This document shows, piece by piece, positions 1 to 8,216 of a stretch of 64,000 nucleotides of DNA. The notes under the pieces are model-generated. The model was not told the origin of the DNA, made no database searches, and worked only from the letters and a program-made list of their open reading frames with translations. Source of the DNA: Burkholderiales bacterium (GTDB lineage Bacteria > Pseudomonadota > Gammaproteobacteria > Burkholderiales > SG8-39); assembly GCA_026416295.1 (NCBI GenBank), contig JAOAFL010000080.1, forward strand, positions 341 to 64,340, given 5' to 3'. A program made the position numbers and the translations under genes. How positions within the stretch are numbered: the stretch's first letter is position 1; every line of letters starts with the position of its first letter.

Positions 1-154
1 TTGCGGCCTTCGGGATCCGCGTCCCCCGGCCGCCCGGGGACGCGCAAGGAGGCTAGCGGCGCCAGAGGCGCCAGCTGCGCCAGCGGAAGGAAGCTGCGTC
101 GAAGCGCGTTGCGTTCACGGCGAGCGCACTATAGCAGAAAAGCGCCGCCCCGCG

Positions 155-853
155 TCAAACGCGGAGTTCGCCTGCCCGCGCCACCTCGGCGAGCCGGGCG
201 CGGAAGTCGCGGATGGCGGCGCCGTAGTCGGGCGCGCCGAAGATCGCCGAGCCGGCGACGAAGGTGTCGGCGCCGGCGCGCGCGATGTCGGCGACGTTGT
301 CGGCCTTCACGCCGCCGTCCACCTCCAGCCAGATCTCGCGCCCGGTGCGCTGCGCCACCGCGTCGATGCGGCGTCGCGCCTCGGCGATCTTCGGCAGCAC
401 CGCAGCGATGAACTGCTGTCCGCCGAAGCCGGGATTCACCGACATGAGCAGCACGAAGTCGAGCTTCTCCAGCGTATGGTCGAGCCAGACGAGCGGCGTG
501 GCCGGATTGAGCGCGAGGCCGGCCTTGCAGCCCGCCTCGCGGATGAGCCCGATCGTGCGATCCACGTGGTCCGAGGCTTCGGGGTGAAAGCTGATCATGT
601 TCGCGCCCGCTTTTGCGAATTCGGCGACGAGCGGGTCGACCGGCCGCACCATGAGATGCACGTCGATCGGCAGCGTCGTGTGCGGCCGGAGCGCAGCGCA
701 CACCAGCGGCCCGACGGTGAGGTTCGGCACGTAGTGGTTGTCCATGACGTCGAGGTGCACGAGGTCGGCGCCGGCGGCGGCGACCGCGCGCACTTCCTCG
801 CCGAGACGGGCAAAATCGGCCGAGAGCAGCGACGGGGCGATGCGGTAACGCAT
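155..853 (-). CDS. rpe: ribulose-phosphate 3-epimerase
   Basis: Full 232-aa ORF. N-terminus '[17 protein letters not shown]...[14 protein letters not shown]' and '[10 protein letters not shown]' are classic Rpe motifs. Confidence 0.95.
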   Translation of the reverse strand: MRYRIAPSLLSADFARLGEEVRAVAAAGADLVHLDVMDNHYVPNLTVGPLVCAALRPHTTLPIDVHLMVRPVDPLVAEFAKAGANMISFHPEASDHVDRTIGLIREAGCKAGLALNPATPLVWLDHTLEKLDFVLLMSVNPGFGGQQFIAAVLPKIAEARRRIDAVAQRTGREIWLEVDGGVKADNVADIARAGADTFVAGSAIFGAPDYGAAIRDFRARLAEVARAGELRV

Positions 854-887
854 GGCGAACCGATTCTAGCCCGCCTACAATGCGCGC

Positions 888-1271
888 GTGTCCGCAGCCG
901 AGCGTTATCGCATCGAGGTGAGCGCCGAGGTGGCGTTTCTCTCCGAGCAATCCGACCCCGCGGCCGGCCGCTACGTGTTCGCCTACACGATGACGATCCG
1001 CAACACCGGGACCGTGGCGGCGCAGCTCGTCAGCCGACACTGGATCATCACGGACGCCGAAGGCAGGGTGCAGGAAGTGCGCGGGCTCGGCGTGGTCGGC
1101 GAGCAGCCGGTGATCGCGCCGGGCGAGGCGCACCGCTATACGAGCGGCACCGCGATCGCCACCCCCGTGGGCACGATGCGCGGCGCCTACCAGATGATTG
1201 CCGCCGACGGCACGCGCTTCGAGGCCCCGATTCCCGAATTCACCCTCGCGGTTCCGCGCGTGCTGCATTGA
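888..1271 (+). CDS. apaG: ApaG (DUF525) protein
   Basis: 127-aa ORF with GTG start. 'YRIEVSAEVAFLSEQSDP...YVFAYTMTIRNTG...LVSRHWIITDAEG' matches the ApaG family. TACAAT-like -10 box just upstream. Confidence 0.9.
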   Translation: MSAAERYRIEVSAEVAFLSEQSDPAAGRYVFAYTMTIRNTGTVAAQLVSRHWIITDAEGRVQEVRGLGVVGEQPVIAPGEAHRYTSGTAIATPVGTMRGAYQMIAADGTRFEAPIPEFTLAVPRVLH

Positions 1272-1330
1272 GGCCGAGCGCCGGGGCCTGCGCGAGGTCC
1301 ACTGCGCATCCGGGACTCGGATACGCCACC

Positions 1331-1846
1331 TTGGGAAATCCGGCAACCCCTGAGGGGCTTGCGCTTCGCTGCGCGGAGGTCTGCCGCGATCCGGCGCTCC
1401 GGAATCTGCCCTACAAGATCGAGCTGAACGCCTGGGGAAAGATCGAGATGAGCCCGGCAAGCAATCGGGACGCGCGCCTGCAAGGGGGGCTTGCGCTCGA
1501 GATCGGACGGCAGCTCCCGCACGGCGAGGCGCTGACGGAGTGTCCCGTCCTGACCGACATCGGCGTGCGTGTTCCCGACGTGGCATGGGCATCGGCCGAA
1601 TTCATGCGCCGGCACGGCGAGACGACCCCGTATCCGCGCGCCCCCGAAATCTGCGTCGAGATTCTGTCGCCTTCCAACACGGATGCCGAAGCCGAAGAAA
1701 AGACCCGGGCGTATCTGCAGGCCGGCGCGCTCGAAGTATGGCTCGTGACCGAGGACGGCCGCATCCGGTTCCGCGGCGCCGACGGCGAAGCGCCGCGGAG
1801 CCGCTTCGGCGCGAACGTCGAACTTCCCGCCCCGATCGAAAAGTAG
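1331..1846 (+). CDS. Uma2-family (DUF820) putative endonuclease
   Basis: C-terminal part of ORF 476..1846. 'YKIELNAWGKIEMSPAS', 'VPDVAW' and 'APEICVEILSPSN...KTRAYLQAGALEVWLV' fit the Uma2/PD-(D/E)XK-like pattern. Start is uncertain: TTG 1331 proposed, ATG 1448 would truncate the conserved N-terminal motif. Confidence 0.7.
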   Translation: MGNPATPEGLALRCAEVCRDPALRNLPYKIELNAWGKIEMSPASNRDARLQGGLALEIGRQLPHGEALTECPVLTDIGVRVPDVAWASAEFMRRHGETTPYPRAPEICVEILSPSNTDAEAEEKTRAYLQAGALEVWLVTEDGRIRFRGADGEAPRSRFGANVELPAPIEK

Positions 1847-1865
1847 GGCGGCCCGCGCCGCCCTA
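1844..1865. terminator. GC-rich hairpin between convergent genes, embedding both stop codons
   Basis: TAGGGCGGC-CCGC-GCCGCCCTA forms a 9-bp stem. TAG of the Uma2 gene (1844-1846) and CTA (TAG of the minus-strand cNMP gene, 1863-1865) are part of the stem. No U-tract. Confidence 0.35.
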
Positions 1866-2315
1866 GCGCCCCTCGGCCGCGAGGCGCCGAAGCTGCGCGG
1901 TCGTCTTCGCCAGCCGGTCGGCGAGGATGCGGATGAGGGCGATCGCCGCGTCCGGGTTGCTGCGGATCACGTTCACGAACGTGTCGCGCGAGATGCGCAG
2001 CACCTCGAGCGCCGTCCTCGCCGTCGCCGTCGCGGTGCGGGGCACGTCGCCGAAGATGCCGATCTCGCCGATCACGTCGTTCTTGCGCAGCGTGTTGACG
2101 ACGAGCGGCCCGCGCGGCGTCGGCACGCTGATGTCGACTTCGCCCTCCATCACGATGTAAGCGTATTCCGGCGCGTCGCCGGCGCTGAACATCACCTGCC
2201 CCGGCGCGTAGGCGAGCCGCTCGCTCGAGAACGCAAGGAGCTTCTGCATCGCCGGATCGATGGTGCTGAAGATCGGCACGCTGCGGATCGTCTCGAATTC
2301 CTGTTCCAGGCTCAT
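1863..2315 (-). CDS. stand-alone cyclic-nucleotide-binding domain protein
   Basis: ORF 1863..2375 trimmed to 'MSLEQEF' (ATG 2315), preceded by GAGGAGG 6 nt upstream. Canonical phosphate-binding cassette 'IGEIGIFGDVPRTATATA'. 150 aa, no effector domain. Confidence 0.85.
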   Translation of the reverse strand: MSLEQEFETIRSVPIFSTIDPAMQKLLAFSSERLAYAPGQVMFSAGDAPEYAYIVMEGEVDISVPTPRGPLVVNTLRKNDVIGEIGIFGDVPRTATATARTALEVLRISRDTFVNVIRSNPDAAIALIRILADRLAKTTAQLRRLAAEGR

Positions 2316-2343
2316 GCGGGTCCTCCTCGCGCCGGTCGGCGGA

Positions 2344-5073
2344 TCATGCGGCCGCGAGCAGCCGATCGAGCGCACCGCCGAGCGATTTGAGCTCCTCGAA
2401 ACGGCCTTTTTCGGCGAGGCGCCCGCGCTCCATCACCAGCACGCAGTCGAAGCGTGCCGCAAGGTCATGCCGCGCGAGCACCCACAGGACGCTGCGGCCC
2501 TTGCGGTACGCGAGGACGTTCGCGAGCACGCGGTTCTGCGAGGCCGGATCGAGGTTGCCGAGCGCGCCATCGAGGATCGCGACCGCGGGCCGCTTGAGGA
2601 GCATGCGGCCGACGGCGAGCTTCTGGCGCTCGGCCGCAGAAAGCCGCGCGCCGCCCACCCCGACGTGGAAATCGAGCCCGACGCGCACCACCTCCAGCCG
2701 CAGCCCGTGCTCTTCGAGCACCGTGCGCAGCAGCGCGCCGACGCGCGTCGCCGCGTCGGCCTGGCCGGAGACCACCTTGCCGAAGAGGATGTTGTCCTGG
2801 ATGCTCGCCGCGCCGTTGTAGCGCGCCGGATCGAAAAATTCGACCGCGCCGGCAAGTTCCGGCGGCAGGTGCTCGCGGAAGTAGCGCCGCGCGCGCAGGA
2901 TGCGCGCCTCGAGCGCCTCGTCGACGAGGCCGAGTCGATGCCGTGCGGGCACCAGCCGGAACGGCAGCGCAAGCAGCCGCTCGCGCTCGCCCTCGCCGAG
3001 GCTCGCGAGCCCCGACTCTGCGACGCGCGCAAGCAGCGCCTTGTATTCCGGCAGCTCCTCGTGACGGATGAAGCTGAAGCGCTCGAAGAACTCGTGCCCC
3101 GGCGGCAGGCCGCTGAAGAGCTCGACCATCGTTTCGGCGAGCTTGTGGCCGGTGGCGAGCAGCTCGGGCTCGAGCCCGGTCTCGGCGAGCACGCGCCGCA
3201 CGTAGGCGTTCTTCGCCAGGTTGTCGATGTCGAACGCGCGTCCGACCGGTGTGCCGAACAGCAGGTTCTCGGCGAGCGTGGCGTTGCGATTGAAGCGCTC
3301 GGGGTCGAAATGCTCGACGAGCGCCTGCATGCCCGGCGCCGCCATCCGGTCGCGGATCGCCGCGCGCGCGGCGAGCGCGCCCTGGACGAGCTGCGGCCGA
3401 CGCGCCGGATCGACCGCGGTGCGCAGCCCCAGCTCGAAGATCGTTTCCTCCAGGTCCACGATCCTCAGCACCTCGACCAGGCGCGCCTCGAGCGCCTCCG
3501 GCCCCGAGACGCCGGCCGCGGCGTAGTCCACCCAGTCGGCGTTGATGTCGAGCAGCGTCGAGCCGGTACGCTTCGCCTCGCGCAACTGGAACGCGCGCTC
3601 GGTCGCCGCCTCGGCGTCGTAGACCGCCTCGCGCACCGGATGGTGCTTGAGGCCGTAGACGAGGTTCTCGCGCACGGTCGTCGGAAAGAGATAGGCCGAC
3701 GGGCCGACGTAGCCGAGCGCGCGGCCGGTGACCGCTTCGGGGGCCTTCACGATGTCGATGCCGCCGATTTCGATCGAACCGGCGGTCGGCGGCACGAGGC
3801 GCGCGAGCGCGAGCGCGAGTTCGCTCGCCCCCGAGCCCTGGCCGCCGACGATCGCGACGTGCTGCTCCACCCCCCCCTCGAAGCTCACGTTCTCGAAGAT
3901 CTTGACGCCCGCCTCGCCGGCGAGCGTGAGGTTCGCGACCCGGATCGACCCCGACTCGGGCAGCGGCGGCGCCGCGATCGGCTTTTGCAGCTCCTTCGGC
4001 ATCAGGTCCTCGCCCATGAACTGCTCGACCACCTGCGTGTACTTCAGCTGCACGTCGAGCCGCTGCTGATCCCAGTCGATCAGCTCCTTCACCGGGCTCG
4101 GCAGGTCCTTGTAGGCCGCGATCACGGCGACGAGCGTACCGATGTCCAGACGCCCGACGATCACCAGGTAGCCGCCCACCAGATAGAAGAAGAACGGCGC
4201 GAGCTGCGACAGGAAGTTGTTCAGGAACTTCACCATGAACTTGCGCTGGTAGATCTCGAAGCGAATGCGGAAGATGCGCGCAAGGCGCGCCGACAGCTCC
4301 GCGCGCTCGTAGTTCGAGGTGTCGTTCGCGTGGATCTCGACCGCCCCGTCGGCCACCTCGGCGATGCGCCCGGCGAGGGCGCGCGCGGTGAGCTGGCGCT
4401 CCTTGGAGAGCGCGAGGATGCGGCGGCGCAGCCGCGGGATCACGAACGCCTGCACGAGCACCACCGCGAGCGCGATCGAGCCGAGGTAGAGGTGCTGGAC
4501 CATGATGAAAAAAAGCGCGGTGAGCGCCTGCCCGCCGAGAAAGAGCGGCGTGACGAGCGCCTCGCCGATGAAGCCGCCGAGCGGCTCGACCTCGTCCTTG
4601 ATCATGCTGGCGAGTTCCGCCGACTTCACGCGCCGGAAGCGCGCGAGCGGAAACCGCAGGATCCGGTCGATGAGCGCATAGCGCAGGCGCCGGAGCATGC
4701 GCTCGCCCATCCAGCCCTTCAGCGTGTTGATCTGGTACTTGAGGAAGCCGCCGGCGACGATCAGCGCGAGGAACGCGAGCGTGAGCGCGACCAGATACGG
4801 CACCTGCGCGAGCGGAACGCCGTCGAAGACGCGCACCGTGCCGCCGCCGAGAAACGCCGGCAGATCGAACGAGAGCGCGAGGAACGGCACCGTCGCCTCC
4901 GGTCCGCTGAAGCGCCGCCCCTGGATCGCCTCGTTGATGATCGTCTTCGGCAGGTCGAGGGTGGCGAAATAGAGCAGCATCGACGCGACGACGAGCGGCA
5001 CGATCGCGAGCTGCTCGCTGCGGCTGTAGCGCAGGATGAACCGGTAGAGCGACCGCTCCATCGGTCGAATCAT
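2344..5073 (-). CDS. ABC-exporter-like fused permease/NBD protein with degenerate ATPase motifs and a large NBD insertion
   Basis: 909-aa ORF. N-terminal ~340 aa is a hydrophobic ABC_membrane-like domain. Walker A-like 'GGQGSGAS' has Ala where Lys is expected. Signature-like 'LSAAERQ'. Walker B 'VAILDG' has Gly where the catalytic Glu is expected. H-loop 'ARHD'. About 400 aa separate Walker A from the signature. Confidence 0.85.
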   Translation of the reverse strand: MIRPMERSLYRFILRYSRSEQLAIVPLVVASMLLYFATLDLPKTIINEAIQGRRFSGPEATVPFLALSFDLPAFLGGGTVRVFDGVPLAQVPYLVALTLAFLALIVAGGFLKYQINTLKGWMGERMLRRLRYALIDRILRFPLARFRRVKSAELASMIKDEVEPLGGFIGEALVTPLFLGGQALTALFFIMVQHLYLGSIALAVVLVQAFVIPRLRRRILALSKERQLTARALAGRIAEVADGAVEIHANDTSNYERAELSARLARIFRIRFEIYQRKFMVKFLNNFLSQLAPFFFYLVGGYLVIVGRLDIGTLVAVIAAYKDLPSPVKELIDWDQQRLDVQLKYTQVVEQFMGEDLMPKELQKPIAAPPLPESGSIRVANLTLAGEAGVKIFENVSFEGGVEQHVAIVGGQGSGASELALALARLVPPTAGSIEIGGIDIVKAPEAVTGRALGYVGPSAYLFPTTVRENLVYGLKHHPVREAVYDAEAATERAFQLREAKRTGSTLLDINADWVDYAAAGVSGPEALEARLVEVLRIVDLEETIFELGLRTAVDPARRPQLVQGALAARAAIRDRMAAPGMQALVEHFDPERFNRNATLAENLLFGTPVGRAFDIDNLAKNAYVRRVLAETGLEPELLATGHKLAETMVELFSGLPPGHEFFERFSFIRHEELPEYKALLARVAESGLASLGEGERERLLALPFRLVPARHRLGLVDEALEARILRARRYFREHLPPELAGAVEFFDPARYNGAASIQDNILFGKVVSGQADAATRVGALLRTVLEEHGLRLEVVRVGLDFHVGVGGARLSAAERQKLAVGRMLLKRPAVAILDGALGNLDPASQNRVLANVLAYRKGRSVLWVLARHDLAARFDCVLVMERGRLAEKGRFEELKSLGGALDRLLAAA

Positions 5074-5162
5074 AGCGGCGCCGGCCGGTGCGCGTGCAAA
5101 CGGCGCCGGTTCGTGCCACAGTAGGCGCCGGAGGCAGCGTGGCGTCAGGCGCCGGATTCAGC

Positions 5163-5984
5163 GTGCGGTTCTGGGGGGTGCGCGGCTCGATCGCGTGCGC
5201 CGGACCGCAAACCGCGCGCTACGGCGGCAACACCGCCGCGCTCGAGGTACGCTGCGGCGAGCGGCGGCTCCTTTTCGACGCCGGCACCGGTATTCGCTAT
5301 CTCGGCAACGCGCTCGAGGCGGCGGGCCGCGCCCGGCTCGAAGCCGATCTGTTTCTCTCGCACACCCACTTCGATCACATCTGCGGGCTGCCGTTCTTCA
5401 AGCCGTTTTTCACCCCGCAGAACCGCTTTCGCCTCTGGGCCGGGCACCTCGGCGGCCGCATGGCGCTGCGGCAGGTGCTCGCCGAATTCATGATGTCGCC
5501 GCTCTTTCCGGTGCCGCCGGAGGTGTTTCGCGCCGAGATCGACTACCGCGATTTCGCCGCCGGCGAGACGCTCGAGCTCGGCGACGGGATCCGGCTGCGC
5601 ACCGCGCCGCTCAACCATCCGGACGGCGCGACCGGCTACCGCGTCGAATACGGCGGCCGCGCGCTCTGCTACGTCACCGACACCGAGCACGTGCCCGGTG
5701 CGCCCGACCGCAATGTCCTCGGCCTGATCGCCGGCGCCGACCTGGTGATCTACGACTGCACCTACACCGACGAGGAGTACGCCGAGGGCGAGGTCGTCGG
5801 CTGGGGGCACTCGACCTGGCAGGAGGCGGTGCGGCTGTGCCGCGCCGCCGGCGCGCGGCGGCTCGCGATCTTTCACCACGAGCCGGACCGCTCGGACGAG
5901 GCGCTCGATGCGATCGGCGCGCAGGCGGCGGCCGAGTTCGCGGGCGCGCTCGTCGCCCGCGAGGGCATGACGCTCGACCTCTGA
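5163..5984 (+). CDS. MBL-fold metallo-hydrolase
   Basis: 'VRFWGVRGSIACAGP...GGNTAALEV...LLFDAGTG' and the metal motif 'SHTHFDHICG'. GTG 5163 chosen because homologues characteristically begin near 'FWG.RGS'. The longer GTG 5088 start is possible. Confidence 0.8.
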   Translation: MRFWGVRGSIACAGPQTARYGGNTAALEVRCGERRLLFDAGTGIRYLGNALEAAGRARLEADLFLSHTHFDHICGLPFFKPFFTPQNRFRLWAGHLGGRMALRQVLAEFMMSPLFPVPPEVFRAEIDYRDFAAGETLELGDGIRLRTAPLNHPDGATGYRVEYGGRALCYVTDTEHVPGAPDRNVLGLIAGADLVIYDCTYTDEEYAEGEVVGWGHSTWQEAVRLCRAAGARRLAIFHHEPDRSDEALDAIGAQAAAEFAGALVAREGMTLDL

Positions 5985-6016
5985 CGGGGCCGGACCCGGC
6001 GCGCCGCGCGCCCGCG

Positions 6017-7171
6017 CTACTTGTAGGGGTCGGCGGCGTCGCGCAGCCCGTCGCCGAAGAAATTGAACGCGAGCACGACGACGAACACCGGCACCACCGG
6101 CAGCATGAGCCACGGGTAGAGCGCGACGACGTTGATGTTCTGCGCCTCGTTGAGGAGCACGCCCCAGCTCGTGACCGGCGGGCGCAGCCCCAGGCCGAGA
6201 AACGAGAGCGCGGTCTCGCCGAGGATCATGCTCGGCACCGAGAGCGTGAGCGAGGCGATCAGGTGGCTCGTGAACGAGGGCAGCAGGTGCCGGCCGATGA
6301 CGCGCGCGGGGCTCGCGCCCATCAGCACCGCCGCGGTGGCGAAGTCTTCCTCGCGCAGCGCAAGGAGCTTCGAGCGCACCGCGCGCGCAAGGCCCGGCCA
6401 GTCGAGCAGCCCGAGGATGATCGTAATGCCGAAATAGACGAGCACCGGGCTCCAGGTGACCGGCAGCGCCGCCGACAGCGCCATCCACAGCGGCAGCTCG
6501 GGAAACGAGCGCACGATCTCGATCGCGCGCTGGATCACGTTGTCCACCCAGCCGCCGTAGTAGCCGGAGATGCCGCCGAGCACGATGCCGATCACGAAAC
6601 TCACCGCGATGCCGAGCAGCCCCACGGTGAGCGAGATGCGCGTGCCGTAAAGGATGCGCGAAAGGACGTCGCGCCCCAGCCGGTCGGTGCCGAAGAGAAA
6701 GAACGTGCCCCCCTCGGCCGGGCAGACGAGGTGAAAGTCCCATTCGACGAGACCCCAGAACTCGTACGCGTCGCCGCGGCAGAAGAAGCGCAGCGGCTGC
6801 ACCTTCGCCGGGTCCGGCGTGTACTCGCGCGTCATCGTCTCCAGGTTCAGCCGCATCGTGTAGCCGTAGACGAACGGCCCGACGAAGCGCCCGTCGTGGA
6901 ACAGGTGCACGCGCTGCGGCGGCGCGTAGATGTGGCGCGGATCGCGCGTGTGCAGGTTGTAGGGCGCGAGGATCTCGGTGACGAGGATCGAGGCGTAGAA
7001 CGCCGCGAGCACCCACATCGAGATCACCGCGATGCGGTGGCGGCGGAACTTCCACCACATGATGCGCCACTGGCTCGCGCGGTAGAAGCGCTCCTCGCCG
7101 GGCGTGAGCGCTTCGACCGCGTTCGGGTCGAACGGCTCGGTCGAGACGTAATGCGGGATGCGCCGCGTCAT
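6017..7171 (-). CDS. ABC transporter permease, YejE/DppC-like (peptide/opine family)
   Basis: Tail of ORF 6017..7888 from 'MTRRIPHY'. ATGA overlap with the upstream permease. 'LFGTDRLGRDVLSRILYG', 'AAVLMGASPARVIGRHLLP'; ends 'GDGLRDAADPYK'. Confidence 0.9.
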   Translation of the reverse strand: MTRRIPHYVSTEPFDPNAVEALTPGEERFYRASQWRIMWWKFRRHRIAVISMWVLAAFYASILVTEILAPYNLHTRDPRHIYAPPQRVHLFHDGRFVGPFVYGYTMRLNLETMTREYTPDPAKVQPLRFFCRGDAYEFWGLVEWDFHLVCPAEGGTFFLFGTDRLGRDVLSRILYGTRISLTVGLLGIAVSFVIGIVLGGISGYYGGWVDNVIQRAIEIVRSFPELPLWMALSAALPVTWSPVLVYFGITIILGLLDWPGLARAVRSKLLALREEDFATAAVLMGASPARVIGRHLLPSFTSHLIASLTLSVPSMILGETALSFLGLGLRPPVTSWGVLLNEAQNINVVALYPWLMLPVVPVFVVVLAFNFFGDGLRDAADPYK

Positions 7172-8193
7172 TTCGCCGCCCGGCCCGTGAGCCGAATGCG
7201 CGGATCGAGCGCCGCGAGCGCGAGGTCGGAGAGAAAAACGCCGACCACGGTAAGCAGCGCGAGGAACATGAGGAACGAGCCGGCGAGGTACTGGTCCTGG
7301 CTGCGCAGCGCATCGAGCAGCATCGGCCCCTCGGTCTGCAAGGACAGCACCACCGAGACGATCGCCGAGCCCGAGATGAGCGAGGGCAGCAGGTTGCCGA
7401 GGTCGGCGATGAAGGGGTTGAGCGCCATGCGCAGCGGATACTTCACGAGCAGCCGTAGCTCGGGCACGCCTTTCGCGCGCGCGGTGACCACGTACTGCTT
7501 CTGCAGCTCGTCGAGGAGGTTGGCGCGCAGCCGACGGATCATCGCCGCCGTGCCCGAGGTGCCGATCACGATCACCGGGATCCACAGGTGCGAGAGCACC
7601 GAGCCGACCTTCGCCCAGCTCCAGGGCTGGTCGAGGTACTCGGGGTCCATCAGGCCGCCGATCGAGAGCCCGAACTGCACGTTGGCGAAGTACATGAGCA
7701 CGAGCGCGAGCAGAAAGTTGGGCGTCGCAAGGCCGAGGTAACCGATGAGCGTCAGGCCGTGGTCGCCCCAGCTGTACTGGTGCGTCGCGGCGTAGACGCC
7801 GATCGGGAACGCGACCGCCCAGGTGAAGACGATCACCGAGAAGTTGAGGACGAAGGACAGCAGCAGCCGCTCGCGCACCACCTCCCACACCGGCATGTCG
7901 TGCTCGAACGACCAGCCCCAGTCGCCCTGCAGCAGCCCCGAGAAGCCGCGCTCGCCGGGCCAGATCCCGACCCAGATCGCGTACTGCTCGAGAAATGGCT
8001 TGTCCAGCCCGTACTGCTTGCGCAGGAACGCGGCGCGCTCAAGGGCCGCCTTGTCGCCCTGGCTCTGCAGCTCCGCGATCTGGTTGCTGAGGTAGTCGCC
8101 CGGCGGAAGCTGGATGATGACGAAGGTGATGAAGCTGATGACGGCGAGCGTCAGGAACATCACGAGCACGCGGCGGACGGTGTAGGCGAGCAT
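7168..8193 (-). CDS. ABC transporter permease, YejB/DppB-like
   Basis: 341-aa ORF. 'MLAYTVRRVLVMFLTLAVISFITFVIIQLPPGDY', 'ARAKGVPELRLLVKYPLR', ends 'DPRIRL'. Confidence 0.9.
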   Translation of the reverse strand: MLAYTVRRVLVMFLTLAVISFITFVIIQLPPGDYLSNQIAELQSQGDKAALERAAFLRKQYGLDKPFLEQYAIWVGIWPGERGFSGLLQGDWGWSFEHDMPVWEVVRERLLLSFVLNFSVIVFTWAVAFPIGVYAATHQYSWGDHGLTLIGYLGLATPNFLLALVLMYFANVQFGLSIGGLMDPEYLDQPWSWAKVGSVLSHLWIPVIVIGTSGTAAMIRRLRANLLDELQKQYVVTARAKGVPELRLLVKYPLRMALNPFIADLGNLLPSLISGSAIVSVVLSLQTEGPMLLDALRSQDQYLAGSFLMFLALLTVVGVFLSDLALAALDPRIRLTGRAAK

Positions 8194-8216
8194 GGCCGGA
8201 CCCTAGCGCCGCATCC

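Noticed and set aside
1-411. 136-aa Arg-rich ORF at the left edge, and an AAGGAGG at ~45-51
   Set aside because: The ORF is antisense to rpe and low-complexity. The SD-like sequence is not followed by a start codon at a usable distance. The first 154 nt were left unannotated.
2260-5124. 954-aa plus-strand ORF antisense to the ABC-like gene, and a second 884-aa minus-strand ORF at 2465..5119
   Set aside because: The products are Arg/Ala/Glu/His low-complexity with no recognisable motifs. They are the stop-free alternative frames expected at this GC content. The 2344..5073 frame carries the real TM and NBD motifs.
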